Shown: positions 9,808 to 19,408, counted from the first letter of the stretch. The stretch: DNA of 32,000 nt from Pasteurella multocida (GCF_900187275.1 NZ_LT906458.1:270001-302000), one strand, 5' to 3'. A program made the numbers and translations. Notes: generated from the sequence alone by a model not told the origin.

Positions 9808-11856
9808 ATGGCAAATTCGGCACGCGATATTTTGGTCACTTGCGCCTTACCTTATGCAAATGGTGCAATTCATTTAGGGCATTTATTAGAACATATTCAA
9901 GCAGATATTTGGGTGCGTTTCCAACGTATGCGTGGGCATAAAGTGCATTTTATTTGTGCAGATGATGCCCATGGCACACCAATCATGTTAAATGCGGATA
10001 AATTAGGTATTACACCAGAAGCATTAATTGCTCGCTCGAAAGCAGATCATGTGGCGGATTTTGAAGGCTTTAATATTAGCTATGATAATTATCATTCCAC
10101 TCACAGCCCAGAAAATGAAGCCTTAACAGCAGAAATGTATAAAAAATTACGTGCTAATGGCTTTATTAAAAGTCGTACGATTTCACAATTATTTGATCCA
10201 GAAAAAGGCATGTTTTTACCTGATCGTTTTGTGAAAGGCACTTGCCCAAAATGTAAAGCAGAAGATCAATATGGTGATAACTGTGAGGTCTGTTCATCTA
10301 CTTATAGCCCAACGGAATTAATTAATCCGCGTTCTGTAGTTTCTGGTGCTACTCCTGTATTAAAAGAATCGGAGCATTTCTTCTTTGATTTACCTGCGTT
10401 TGAAGGCATGTTAAAAGCGTGGATCAAATCCGGTTCATTACAACCTGAAATTGCCAACAAAATGCAAGAATGGTTTGAGTCGGGTTTACAACAATGGGAT
10501 ATTTCCCGTGATGCGCCGTATTTCGGCTTTAAAATTCCCGATACAGAAGATAAATATTTCTATGTCTGGTTAGATGCCCCAATTGGATATATGGCATCGT
10601 TTAAAAATTTGTGTGATAAAACAGGCTTAAATTTTGACGATTTCTGGAAAAAAGACAGCTCGGCAGAGCTTTATCACTTCATCGGTAAAGATATCGTGTA
10701 TTTCCACAGTTTATTTTGGCCGGCGATGTTAGACGGTTGCGATTTACGCAAACCAACTAACGTGTTTGCCCATGGTTATGTGACTGTAAATGGGGTGAAA
10801 ATGTCAAAATCTCGTGGCACTTTTATTCAAGCGTCCACCTACTTACGTCATTTAGCGCCAGAATATTTACGTTATTACTATGCGGCAAAATTGAATAACC
10901 GTATTGAAGATTTAGACTTAAATTTGGAAGACTTTGTACAACGTTTAAATGCGGATGTGGTGAATAAATTTGTCAATCTGGCTTCACGCAGTGCCGGTTT
11001 TATTACTAAGCGTTTTGATGGCAAATTATCAGCTGAGATTGCTGAACCTGAATTATTGGCAGAATTTGTAGAAAAAGCCGCGCAAATTGCGACTTATTAT
11101 GAAGAACGCGAATTCGGTAAAGTCGTGCGTGAAGTGATGCAATTAGCGGATAAAGCGAATAAATACATTGATGACAAAGCGCCATGGGTAATGGCGAAAG
11201 AAGAGGGACGTGAGGCGGAATTACAAGCTGTTTGTTCAATGGCATTGCAATTATTCCGCGTCTTAGCCATTTATTTAAAACCAGTGATTCCACAAATTAT
11301 TGCGCGTGCGGAAGCCTTCTTACAGGATGAGTTAACGTGGGAAAGCTTAAATCGCCCGCTGTTAAATCACGCAATTTTACCGTTTAAAGCGCTAGCACAG
11401 CGTTTAGACCTAAAACAGATTGAGGCAATTGTGAACGAAACCAAAGAACAATTTGTAGCCCAGCAGGCATTAGAGCAAAAAAATTCAGCAAAAGCAGAAC
11501 CCGCTAGCCAAGTGGAACCAATCGCAGAGACGATCAGCATTGAAGATTTCGCGAAATTAGATTTACGTGTGGCGAAAGTGATGAAATGTGAAGCGGTGCC
11601 AGAATCAAACAAACTCTTACGTTTTGAGTTAGACTTAGGTGATCATACGCGTCAAGTGTTCTCTGGGATTAAAGAAGCATATAACAATCCTGCGGAATTA
11701 GAAGGGCGTTTTGTGGTGGTGATTGCCAACCTCGCACCACGTAAAATGCGTTTTGGCGTATCAGAAGGGATGATTTTAAGTGCGGGGACAGGTGGAGATG
11801 ACTTGTTCTTATTGAATGCCGATCAAGGTGTTAAACCCGGTATGCAGGTAAAATAA
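9808..11856 (+). CDS. metG: Methionine--tRNA ligase
   Basis: Colinear with E. coli MetG: [17 protein letters not shown] (HIGH motif), zinc knuckles CPKCK...CEVC, KMSKS, and a C-terminal EMAP-like domain. I place the start at ATG 9808 ([11 protein letters not shown]...) by alignment. The ORF-track start at 9784 adds 8 non-homologous codons. Confidence 0.96.
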   Translation: MANSARDILVTCALPYANGAIHLGHLLEHIQADIWVRFQRMRGHKVHFICADDAHGTPIMLNADKLGITPEALIARSKADHVADFEGFNISYDNYHSTHSPENEALTAEMYKKLRANGFIKSRTISQLFDPEKGMFLPDRFVKGTCPKCKAEDQYGDNCEVCSSTYSPTELINPRSVVSGATPVLKESEHFFFDLPAFEGMLKAWIKSGSLQPEIANKMQEWFESGLQQWDISRDAPYFGFKIPDTEDKYFYVWLDAPIGYMASFKNLCDKTGLNFDDFWKKDSSAELYHFIGKDIVYFHSLFWPAMLDGCDLRKPTNVFAHGYVTVNGVKMSKSRGTFIQASTYLRHLAPEYLRYYYAAKLNNRIEDLDLNLEDFVQRLNADVVNKFVNLASRSAGFITKRFDGKLSAEIAEPELLAEFVEKAAQIATYYEEREFGKVVREVMQLADKANKYIDDKAPWVMAKEEGREAELQAVCSMALQLFRVLAIYLKPVIPQIIARAEAFLQDELTWESLNRPLLNHAILPFKALAQRLDLKQIEAIVNETKEQFVAQQALEQKNSAKAEPASQVEPIAETISIEDFAKLDLRVAKVMKCEAVPESNKLLRFELDLGDHTRQVFSGIKEAYNNPAELEGRFVVVIANLAPRKMRFGVSEGMILSAGTGGDDLFLLNADQGVKPGMQVK

Positions 11857-11881
11857 CCTTGAGTTAGTTCTTTCATGCAAT

Positions 11882-11920
11882 AAAGTGCGGTAGAATTTTT
11901 GAATTTTTTACCGCACTTTT
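11882..11920 (+). terminator. metG terminator formed by an inverted USS pair
   Basis: AAAGTGCGGTA (11882-11892) and TACCGCACTTT (11909-11919) form an 11-bp stem with a 16-nt loop and trailing Ts. The exact USS cores are at 11883-11891 (+) and 11910-11918 (-). Confidence 0.8.
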
Positions 11921-11949
11921 CCTTTCCTCCGTTTTTGCAGGTGAAAACC

Positions 11950-11958
11950 TGTTATAAT
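11950..11958 (+). promoter_or_regulatory. Candidate extended -10 promoter element for rlmL
   Basis: TGTTATAAT (TGnTATAAT) lies 32 nt upstream of the rlmL ATG and downstream of the metG terminator. No good -35 was seen. Confidence 0.35.
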
Positions 11959-11989
11959 TTCGCCCAGCTTGAATAACCAGAGAACATTT

Positions 11990-14149
11990 ATGAAACAACT
12001 TTTTGCCACCACTGCCCGTGGTTTTGAAGAATTACTGAAAGTCGAACTAACCGACCTTGGTGCGATGGATTGCCAAATCACACAAGGCGGTGTGCACTTT
12101 CATGCCGATGAGGAAACGCAATATCGCGTGTTGTTATGGACACGTTTAGCCTCGCGGATTTTATTACCCATTGTGACTTGCAAAGTGTATAGCGATTTAG
12201 ATTTGTATTCTGCGGTGGTGGGGCAAAATTGGTTGGATTATTTTGATGAAAAAGCCCATTTTATGGTGGATTTTAATGGCACAAACCGAGAAATTCGTCA
12301 CACCCAATTTGGTGCCATGCGAGTCAAAGATGGGATTGTGGATTATTTTGAGCGTGTAGGTAAACCGCGTCCAAATGTAGATAAATCACAGCCCGATATT
12401 CGTATTCATGCCTATTTAAATCGCGAAGAATTAGTGATCTCCTTAGATTTAAGTGGTGATGCCTTACATATGCGCGGTTATCGTGAAGATACGGGCAAAG
12501 CCCCGTTACGTGAAACCTTAGCGGCAGCGATCGTCTTACGTTCAGGCTGGCAGCTGGGCACACCCTTAGTGGATCCAATGTGCGGTTCGGGTACCTTGCT
12601 GATTGAAGCAGCACAAATGCAAGCCAACATTGCCCCGCAATTACACCGTCTGCATTGGGGCTTTGATTTTTGGAAAGGGCACAATCAACAGGCGTGGGAC
12701 AAAGTGAAAGGCGAGGCGATTGAATTAGCGGAGCAAACGTTTAACCAAAATCAAAAAGCGAATTTTTATGGCTGCGATCTTGATCATCGAGTACTGCAAA
12801 AAGCCAAACGCAATGCCCAAAATGCGGGTGTGGCACATCTTATTCAATGGCGACAAGGCGATGTAGCGGCATTAAAAAATCCATTTGTTGAAGCAAAAGG
12901 CACCGTGATTTGTAACCCACCTTATGGAGAGCGTTTAGGCACGACACCTGCTTTAATTGCGTTATATTCCGTGTTTGGACAACGTTTAAAACAACAGTTT
13001 GCCGATTGGAATGTATCGATTTTCAGTGGCGAGCCGGCGTTATTAGACTGCTTGCGTTTACGTTCACATCGCCAATTTAAAGCCAAAAATGGTCCACTCG
13101 ACTGCGTGCAAAAAAATTATCATATTAGTGCCCGTGCAACAGCGAGTGACGAGAATACACAAAACTTGCCAGAAATTGACCGCACTTTAAGTGCTACTCA
13201 AGTGGCAGTGGATTTTGCCAATCGCTTACAAAAAAATAGCAAAAAAATTGAAAAATGGGCGAGACAACAAGGCATTAATGCCTATCGCTTATACGATGCG
13301 GATTTGCCAGAATATAACTTGGCGGTGGATCGCTATGATGATCATATTGTGGTACAAGAATATGCTGCACCCAAAAATATCGATGAAAACAAAGCACGTC
13401 AGCGCTTATTGGATGCGGTAACCGCTACCTTACAGGTAACAGGTGTAGAAACCAACAAACTGATTTTAAAAGTGCGCCAAAAACAAAAAGGCACCAATCA
13501 GTATGAAAAACTCGCCAACAAAGGTGACTATTTCTATGTCAATGAATATGGCGCCAAATTGTGGGTAAACCTAACGGATTATTTGGATACGGGACTTTTC
13601 CTCGATCATCGTTTAACCCGCAAAATGTTGGGGAAAATGGCGAAAGGCAAAGATGTCCTAAATTTATTTGCCTATACGGGATCGGCGACGGTACATATGG
13701 CGTTAGGTGGTGCAAAATCAACCACTACAGTGGATATGTCAAACACCTATTTAAACTGGGCGGAACAAAATCTGTTATTAAATGACTTGGAAGGTAAACA
13801 GCATAAGTTAATCCAAGCGGATTGCTTACAATGGTTAGCCCGTTGTGACCGTCAGTTTGATCTGATCTTCGTCGATCCACCGACATTTTCTAATTCAAAA
13901 CGGATGGAAGATAGCTGGGATGTGCAACGTGATCACATTAAGTTAATGACCCAGTTAAAACGCATTTTACGTCCAAATGGCACCATCGTGTTTTCCAACA
14001 ACAAACGAGGTTTTAAAATGGACGTTGAAGGCTTGGAAACGCTTGGCTTAAGTGCGGTAGATATTACAGCAAAAACCTTGCCATTGGATTTTGAACGCAA
14101 TAAGCAAATTCATAATTGTTGGGTGGTGAGGTTGAAAGCCGATCTGTAA
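11990..14149 (+). CDS. rlmL: Bifunctional 23S rRNA methyltransferase RlmL/RlmK (m2G2445/m7G2069)
   Basis: About 719 aa. The N-terminus [17 protein letters not shown] matches E. coli RlmL MNSLFASTARGLEELLK. It has THUMP and SAM-methyltransferase motifs ([22 protein letters not shown]) and a second C-terminal methyltransferase domain (DPPTFSNSK). The start is set at ATG 11990 by alignment, not the ORF-track TTG at 11969. Confidence 0.93.
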   Translation: MKQLFATTARGFEELLKVELTDLGAMDCQITQGGVHFHADEETQYRVLLWTRLASRILLPIVTCKVYSDLDLYSAVVGQNWLDYFDEKAHFMVDFNGTNREIRHTQFGAMRVKDGIVDYFERVGKPRPNVDKSQPDIRIHAYLNREELVISLDLSGDALHMRGYREDTGKAPLRETLAAAIVLRSGWQLGTPLVDPMCGSGTLLIEAAQMQANIAPQLHRLHWGFDFWKGHNQQAWDKVKGEAIELAEQTFNQNQKANFYGCDLDHRVLQKAKRNAQNAGVAHLIQWRQGDVAALKNPFVEAKGTVICNPPYGERLGTTPALIALYSVFGQRLKQQFADWNVSIFSGEPALLDCLRLRSHRQFKAKNGPLDCVQKNYHISARATASDENTQNLPEIDRTLSATQVAVDFANRLQKNSKKIEKWARQQGINAYRLYDADLPEYNLAVDRYDDHIVVQEYAAPKNIDENKARQRLLDAVTATLQVTGVETNKLILKVRQKQKGTNQYEKLANKGDYFYVNEYGAKLWVNLTDYLDTGLFLDHRLTRKMLGKMAKGKDVLNLFAYTGSATVHMALGGAKSTTTVDMSNTYLNWAEQNLLLNDLEGKQHKLIQADCLQWLARCDRQFDLIFVDPPTFSNSKRMEDSWDVQRDHIKLMTQLKRILRPNGTIVFSNNKRGFKMDVEGLETLGLSAVDITAKTLPLDFERNKQIHNCWVVRLKADL

Positions 14150-14183
14150 GCCAGCGAACAGATAACTTACCTTTTGTAAAATT

Positions 14184-14214
14184 AGCGGTACACTGGTTGT
14201 ACCGCTGATTTTTT
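14184..14214 (+). terminator. rlmL intrinsic terminator
   Basis: 9-bp stem AGCGGTACA / TGTACCGCT with loop CTGGT, followed by GATTTTTT. Confidence 0.85.
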
Positions 14215-14316
14215 AACGCTATTTAGATGTTTTTTCATTTATTTTCAATATATCATCATCAATTTTAGATTTTTATCATCACTTCCATTTTTTTTATTTC
14301 CATTTCTTTACATTTG

Positions 14317-14344
14317 TTGACATTACTGACAAATCTTGTATGTT
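14317..14344 (+). promoter_or_regulatory. Candidate promoter of the cas8f-cas6f operon
   Basis: TTGACA (14317-14322), 16-nt spacer, TATGTT (14339-14344), inside a very AT/T-tract-rich 165-nt gap. The -35 is embedded in ATTTGT-N11-ACAAAT (14312-14334), which contains a TGACA-N4-TGACA direct repeat. That could be a regulator site. Confidence 0.35.
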
Positions 14345-14379
14345 TATTAATCATAATAATACAAAGGAGGTATAAGATA

Positions 14380-15714
14380 ATGTCACATACGTTTAGAAAA
14401 CGAATTGATTTGTTCCTTCAAGAACAAAACCTCAAAAAATCTGAAAGTGACCGTAAAAAGCTCGCTAAAGCCACTGATCCTACTGAAATTGAACAACTCA
14501 CTCAACTTATTCAAGAATTTGACCAGAAATACCAATTTGATACATGGATAGCCAATGCGGCTAACGTAATGGCGAAACAGCTCAAGTTTGGTACCCATAT
14601 TGCGAAGGGTATTCATCCTGATACAAAAGGTGATAATGTGAATTTCCAACCAAGTGATTCGTTACCTCCTGAGTATGTGGGTTCGCAAAGTGTCAGTCAT
14701 TTAGTGCTCGATGCGAATGGGAATGCGGCAGCTTTGCCTCTTGCTTCCTTTTTCAATTTTATTGTGGATGAAGAAAAACAGGTTAAATTAAGGGATTTAT
14801 TACTTGCCGATGATCCAAGATTAGCAGGCTGTTTTTCTGATGATTTAGCGTTGTCTGACGTCTATAAAAAGCAATTTCAGCAAGCATTAACGGGGGATTT
14901 AACTCAACCTGAAACCCATGAAAGAAACAAACAAGTGTTTTGGGCAAATGGGGAAAATCCGATTGAAGATGATGATTACACCTGTTTAATTCCGCTTTAT
15001 CCTTCCTCTTTGACTCATGCGTTTTACCAAAAAGTGAATAACAATCGCTATTCTGAACAAAATAAACAAGCCAGAGAAAACCGACAGAAAAAAACAGTAG
15101 AGCAAACACATTATCTTTCCATTAATCAGCTCGCCACTGTGGTATTAGGGGGAAGTAAGCCCCAGAATATCTCCCAGTTAATGTCTGCCCAAGGCGGTCG
15201 TAATTACCTTCTTCCTTCTTTGCCACCGATTATACCATCAAGTCGTTATTTTAGACTTTCCCCTTTGCAAACCACAATTTTCAATGATCGTCTTGCTTAT
15301 GCTTGCCGTTATGGTTTACGCCAATTATTTGAGGTGGTGGAAGCACGTAAAAATGTCTATCAAGTGCGAGATAGCCGTATTGATGCCTTAAATAATATTT
15401 TGCGTACGTTTTTATTTCACGCCAATTTATTACAAAAACAACCCGCCGGTTGGTCGAAAGACTCTCAATTGGAAATGTGCGAGAAATATTGGCTTGATCC
15501 AAAGCGTGTACACTTGCCAGACGAAGAGGCATTTCGTGCAGAGTATGAAAAAGGCGAGTGGGTGGCGGAAGTTGAGCGTCGTTTTGCCTTGTGGCTGAAT
15601 AAACGCTTACAAAAACGTTTTCCTCACATTGCCAAGGATTTTGACGACGTGGAATATCATGAATGGCGCCGTAATATTCGTCGCACCTTACGTTATCGTT
15701 TACGCCATCCATAG
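14380..15714 (+). CDS. cas8f: Type I-F Cascade large subunit Cas8f (Csy1)
   Basis: 444 aa from ATG 14380, with SD AAGGAGG 7-8 nt upstream. The ORF-track start at 14314 adds 22 hydrophobic junk codons. Csy1 blocks are shared with P. aeruginosa Csy1: THI.KG.HPD.KG.N, GNAAAL, L.P.YPSSL.H, GG.KPQNISQL, LLPSLPP, W..EV.RRFA.WLN. Confidence 0.93.
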   Translation: MSHTFRKRIDLFLQEQNLKKSESDRKKLAKATDPTEIEQLTQLIQEFDQKYQFDTWIANAANVMAKQLKFGTHIAKGIHPDTKGDNVNFQPSDSLPPEYVGSQSVSHLVLDANGNAAALPLASFFNFIVDEEKQVKLRDLLLADDPRLAGCFSDDLALSDVYKKQFQQALTGDLTQPETHERNKQVFWANGENPIEDDDYTCLIPLYPSSLTHAFYQKVNNNRYSEQNKQARENRQKKTVEQTHYLSINQLATVVLGGSKPQNISQLMSAQGGRNYLLPSLPPIIPSSRYFRLSPLQTTIFNDRLAYACRYGLRQLFEVVEARKNVYQVRDSRIDALNNILRTFLFHANLLQKQPAGWSKDSQLEMCEKYWLDPKRVHLPDEEAFRAEYEKGEWVAEVERRFALWLNKRLQKRFPHIAKDFDDVEYHEWRRNIRRTLRYRLRHP

Positions 15715-15723
15715 GAGGGAAAG

Positions 15724-16707
15724 ATGTTTCAAACCGATTTCTATATTTTATTTGATCATATCAAGGTACAAAGTGCCAATGCGATTTCAGGTCCATTGAG
15801 CTATGGTTTCCCAGCCTTAACAGGCTTAACGGGAGCGATGCACGCACTCAATCGAAAATTAACACACCACCCCGTGCAGTTTGGTGGTGTGATGGTGGCG
15901 TGTCATGATTATGAATTACAAACCTATCAAAACTCGGCATTTTCGGACCGCACTTTTAAACAAACACGCAATCCGATAAAGCGCAATGGTGAGACAGCAT
16001 CGATTATTGAAGAAGGAAAAATCCATTTAGATCTGTCTTTGGTGGTGGAAGTACATGTACAAGATGACCGTGTATTTGAGGCATTGACCGATAAAACCAG
16101 TCAAGCCAGTCAAGATTTTTTACAGACCTGTAAAAATTTACTTTGGCAACAACGCATTGCAGGTGGCTCTGTGCTAGAGATTGGCAATGTCCAGTTATTT
16201 AACTTGGAAGAAGATCAAGATATTCCACTGGCATTGATGCCCGCTTTTGTGTTGATGGATGCAAAACAAGAATTAACCAACATTACTGAAGAACTCAAGA
16301 CGGGCTTACGTATTGGTCAACTCGACGAAGAAGGCAATGTGCAAAAATCCTGTCTTCCAAGTTGCCCTGACGCGACCGCACTGGATGCCCTGTTAGAAAT
16401 GGCAACGGTGCATCATATTCCTGAACACGCAAATGCGACAGCCTCAGCGTGGCAGACATATAGCGTGAAGAAAGGGCGTGGTTGGCTTGTGCCGCTTCCT
16501 GTGGGTTATCAAGCGATTTCCCCACTGTTTGCGCCTGGACAATTGCAGCATTGCCGAACCCAGCAATATCCAAGCCAATATGTCGAAACCCTTTACAGCT
16601 TAGGGAAATGGGTCTTTCCACTAAGCTTACCCGAGAATCTGTCCCAATGTTTTTGGCGTTATACCGCCCTACAAAATAACCTTTATCTGATTTCACAAGG
16701 AGAATAA
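15724..16707 (+). CDS. cas5f: Type I-F Cascade subunit Cas5f (Csy2)
   Basis: 327 aa, SD AGGAGGG. It sits between csy1 and csy3. The N-terminal block I.V.SANAISGPL.YGFPA.T...G matches my recollection of the Csy2 family. Confidence 0.88.
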   Translation: MFQTDFYILFDHIKVQSANAISGPLSYGFPALTGLTGAMHALNRKLTHHPVQFGGVMVACHDYELQTYQNSAFSDRTFKQTRNPIKRNGETASIIEEGKIHLDLSLVVEVHVQDDRVFEALTDKTSQASQDFLQTCKNLLWQQRIAGGSVLEIGNVQLFNLEEDQDIPLALMPAFVLMDAKQELTNITEELKTGLRIGQLDEEGNVQKSCLPSCPDATALDALLEMATVHHIPEHANATASAWQTYSVKKGRGWLVPLPVGYQAISPLFAPGQLQHCRTQQYPSQYVETLYSLGKWVFPLSLPENLSQCFWRYTALQNNLYLISQGE

Positions 16708-16709
16708 GA

Positions 16710-17717
16710 ATGAGCAAATTATCAACCCCAAGCGTTTTAGCCTTTGAGCGTAATTTGGATATTTCTGATGCGATTTTTGCGCAAAAAGACAGTAAAAATG
16801 ACAAAGATGCGCCTGTGCCTTTGCGTATTCGAGAAAAATCCGTGCGAGGCACGATCTCTAATCGCTTAAAAAATACGATTACTAATGATCCTGCAAAACT
16901 TGATGCAGAAACGGAAAAAGCCAATTTACAACGTGTGGATGTGGCGACCCTAGATGATGACAAAGATACCTTAGTGGCGACATTTAGTGTCAAAGTGCTA
17001 CCTTTTACGGGGCGCCCAAATGTGTGTAATGATCAAGACTATCAACACCAAGTTATGACAACTGTCGCGCAATATTTATCTGAACAAGGTATGGATGAAT
17101 TGGCTAAGCGTTATGCGACCAATATCGCCAATGCACGTTGGTTATGGCGTAATCGTATGGGCGCAGAAAAAATTAAAATAGAAGTCACATGCGGTGAAAA
17201 CACCCTCCATTTTGACGATGCAAAACAGTTTTCTTTAAATCATTTTGATCATCAAGATGACAAGATTCATCAGATCGCTAAAGAAATAAAACAAGGTTTA
17301 TTAGGTGAAAAATTCGTGATTTTGTATGTCACGGCGTATGCCAACATGGGATATGGACAAGAAGTATATCCATCACAAGAATTAGTGTTGGATAACTCAA
17401 CCAATAATCGTAAAAGCAAAATTTTGTATGAAATCAACCAAAAAGCGGGGATGCATTCACAAAAAGTGGGCAATGCAATTCGCACGATTGATACCTGGTA
17501 TGCCGAAGAAGTGGCGTTCCCAATCGCTGCAGAACCTTATGGTGCCGTGACGACATTAGGTACGGCTTTCCGTCAACCGAAAACCAAAAAGAATGACTTC
17601 TATACCTTGTTTGATAATTGGCTTTTAAAAGGCGAAGTCCCACCCGTGGAGCAACAGCATTATGTGATGAGTGTTTTAATTCGTGGTGGTGTATTTGGTG
17701 CAAGTGGTAAGGAATAA
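16710..17717 (+). CDS. cas7f: Type I-F Cascade backbone subunit Cas7f (Csy3)
   Basis: 335 aa, SD AAGGAGA. The N-terminus MSKLSTPSVLAFER and the size and position are typical of Csy3. The start lies 2 nt after the csy2 stop. Confidence 0.9.
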   Translation: MSKLSTPSVLAFERNLDISDAIFAQKDSKNDKDAPVPLRIREKSVRGTISNRLKNTITNDPAKLDAETEKANLQRVDVATLDDDKDTLVATFSVKVLPFTGRPNVCNDQDYQHQVMTTVAQYLSEQGMDELAKRYATNIANARWLWRNRMGAEKIKIEVTCGENTLHFDDAKQFSLNHFDHQDDKIHQIAKEIKQGLLGEKFVILYVTAYANMGYGQEVYPSQELVLDNSTNNRKSKILYEINQKAGMHSQKVGNAIRTIDTWYAEEVAFPIAAEPYGAVTTLGTAFRQPKTKKNDFYTLFDNWLLKGEVPPVEQQHYVMSVLIRGGVFGASGKE

Positions 17718-18280
17718 TGATGACAACCCATTACATTGAACTGAAAGCGATCCCCCAAATGGATATGCTACAAAGTGAGGTGATTGGGCATTGTATGCAG
17801 ATTTTGCATCAATTCTTACCGCACTTTGAAGGACGAGTTGGGGTGGCATTTCCCGCTTACGGCTTAGGGCGGACTCTCGGTGGCATTGTGCGACTTTTTG
17901 CTAATCAGGAAGATTGCAATCAATTACACCAACAATTATTGCGATCTGGCTTATCAGATTATGCTTTAATTAGCGAAGTGAGTAAAACGCCGTTGTCTAC
18001 CGAGTGCCGCAGTTATAGTCGAGTACATCGTAAAGGGCAAAGTGCCATCCGCCGTACCGAAAAACGCTTGAAAAGTCAGGGAAGATGGGATGAGTCCATC
18101 CGTGCAGACATGCAACAACGTCAGCAAAATGTGGCATTTTTCCCACATTGTCATTTAAAAAGTGCGAGCACTGGTCAACGTTTTATTTTGGCAGTGAAAG
18201 AGAACAGAATGCCACAATCTTGTGTTGGTGTCTTTAATGCTTATGGATTAAGCAATAGCGCAACTGTGCCTCACTTTTAA
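17717..18280 (+). CDS. cas6f: CRISPR repeat endoribonuclease Cas6f (Csy4)
   Basis: 187 aa. The start ATG overlaps the csy3 stop (TAATG); the alternative ATG at 17720 is equally possible. It is the last gene before a type I-F repeat array. The N-terminus (Y.E.K..P) and the Arg-rich helix region (RVHRKGQSAIRRTEKRLKSQGR) are Csy4-like. Confidence 0.88.
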   Translation: MMTTHYIELKAIPQMDMLQSEVIGHCMQILHQFLPHFEGRVGVAFPAYGLGRTLGGIVRLFANQEDCNQLHQQLLRSGLSDYALISEVSKTPLSTECRSYSRVHRKGQSAIRRTEKRLKSQGRWDESIRADMQQRQQNVAFFPHCHLKSASTGQRFILAVKENRMPQSCVGVFNAYGLSNSATVPHF

Positions 18281-18289
18281 TCGCATTGT

Positions 18290-18369
18290 TAACCCTTTTT
18301 TCTTATTTGGAATGTTTCCGAATAAGATCAAAGGGTTATTGTTCTACCCTAAAAAAGGGTTTTCTTTTC
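18290..18369 (+). other. Two stem-loops between the cas6f stop and the CRISPR leader (possible attenuator/terminator)
   Basis: Hairpin 1 (18290-18338): outer 9-bp stem TAACCCTTT/AAAGGGTTA enclosing an 11-bp inner stem CTTATTTGGAA/TTCCGAATAAG (one T:G wobble), loop TGT. Hairpin 2 (18346-18360): ACCCT-AAAAA-AGGGT, followed by TTTCTTTTC. Confidence 0.5.
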
Positions 18370-18378
18370 AGATGTTCT

Positions 18379-18408
18379 TTAACAAATTGAAATATCCGAA
18401 GATATAAC
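18379..18408 (+). promoter_or_regulatory. Candidate CRISPR leader promoter
   Basis: TTAACA (18379-18384), 18-nt spacer, TATAAC (18403-18408). It would start transcription only a few nt before repeat 1. This is a weak inference from the motif alone. Confidence 0.3.
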
Positions 18409-18420
18409 AAAATTCATTTA

Positions 18421-19408
18421 GTTCACCATCGTGTAGATGGCTTAGAAAATTAGCTGAAGACCGATTTATTAGAAATACAGGTTCACCATCGTGTAGATGG
18501 CTTAGAAAGTCGTTGAAACGGCACCATGGGCGTTTGCATTTGTTCACCATCGTGTAGATGGCTTAGAAAGAAACACTAGAAGATTTAACGGTCATTGAAA
18601 AGTTCACCATCGTGTAGATGGCTTAGAAAATTCGATTTCCAGTGCCGAAAATCCATGCCCTGTTCACCATCGTGTAGATGGCTTAGAAAATAATGACGTG
18701 TTCAACTAACGGCTGACAATCGTTCACCATCGTGTAGATGGCTTAGAAACACAACATGTGCTGAAAGTGCGTGAGATTTGAGTTCACCATCGTGTAGATG
18801 GCTTAGAAATACCCGATGTTAGAGGCAATCAAAGTGGAGCTGTTCACCATCGTGTAGATGGCTTAGAAAAAAGTCTCATTTAACACCGCGCGACGCTGGA
18901 AGTTCACCATCGTGTAGATGGCTTAGAAAAAGCCCACCTTGCGCTTGAACAGATGAATTAAGTTCACCATCGTGTAGATGGCTTAGAAATTTAAGCTACG
19001 TTTATCCGCAAGATTCACTACGTTCACCATCGTGTAGATGGCTTAGAAAGTTGGTGCGAATTTCACATCTAAGCTTGAAATGTTCACCATCGTGTAGATG
19101 GCTTAGAAAGTTGGTGCGAATTTCACATCTAAGCTTGAAATGTTCACCATCGTGTAGATGGCTTAGAAAGTTGGTGCGAATTTCACATCTAAGCTTGAAA
19201 TGTTCACCATTGTGTAGATGGCTTAGAAAGTTGGTGCGAATTTCACATCTAAGCTTGAAATGTTCACCATCGTGTAGATGGCTTAGAAAAGTTAAAGCTA
19301 AGAAACTAACGGATATTGCGAGTTCACCATCGTGTAGATGGCTTAAAAAACTCATAATCGGAAGAGAGCGAGTTCGAATCGTTCATTATAGACTAGATAG
19401 TGTAAACC
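18421..19408 (+). CRISPR. Type I-F CRISPR array: 16 intact 28-bp repeats, 1 degenerate terminal repeat, 16 spacers (13 unique)
   Basis: - Repeat: GTTCACCATCGTGTAGATGGCTTAGAAA, compared with the P. aeruginosa I-F repeat GTTCACTGCCGTGTAGGCAGCTAAGAAA. Stem is CCATC/GATGG.
- Repeat starts: 18421, 18481, 18542, 18602, 18662, 18722, 18782, 18842, 18902, 18962, 19022, 19082, 19142, 19202 (C10T), 19262, 19322 (G25A), and a degenerate 17/28 copy at 19381.
- Spacers: 32 nt, except spacer 2 (33 nt) and spacer 16 (31 nt).
- Polarity: the degenerate repeat at the right end and the AT-rich region at the left place the leader at 18370-18420. Transcription is on the + strand. Confidence 0.98.
19022..19261 (+). 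repeat. Four tandem copies of one 60-bp repeat+spacer unit inside the array
   Basis: The spacer GTTGGTGCGAATTTCACATCTAAGCTTGAAAT occurs at 19050-19081, 19110-19141, 19170-19201 and 19230-19261. The only difference across the 240 bp is C->T at 19211. Confidence 0.97.

Noticed and set aside
14314-14379. Upstream extensions of ORF-track starts: cas8f 14314, cas2/3 20441, metG 9784, rlmL 11969, iscS 28812, iscA 30681, suhB 27321.
   Set aside because: Alignment to remembered orthologue N-termini, plus well-placed SD sequences, supports the downstream starts. The extensions add non-homologous residues and often cross promoters or hairpins.
15281-16993. Antisense ORFs of 143 aa (15281-15712) and 232 aa (16295-16993). 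Similar antisense ORFs occur at 21858-22301 and 23409-23819.
   Set aside because: They run fully antisense to well-supported cas8f, cas5f/cas7f and cas2/3 coding sequences. They have no SD and a low-complexity Arg/Ser/Leu-rich composition typical of antisense frames.
18750-18781. Spacer 6 contains AAGTGCGTG, which resembles the USS core.
   Set aside because: It matches only 7 of 9 positions, so it is not a USS. It gives no basis for claiming USS-directed targeting.
18449-19380. Self-targeting spacers against sequence inside this window.
   Set aside because: I found no spacer match elsewhere in the window by eye. A real answer needs a BLAST of all 13 unique spacers against the whole genome and mobile-element databases.
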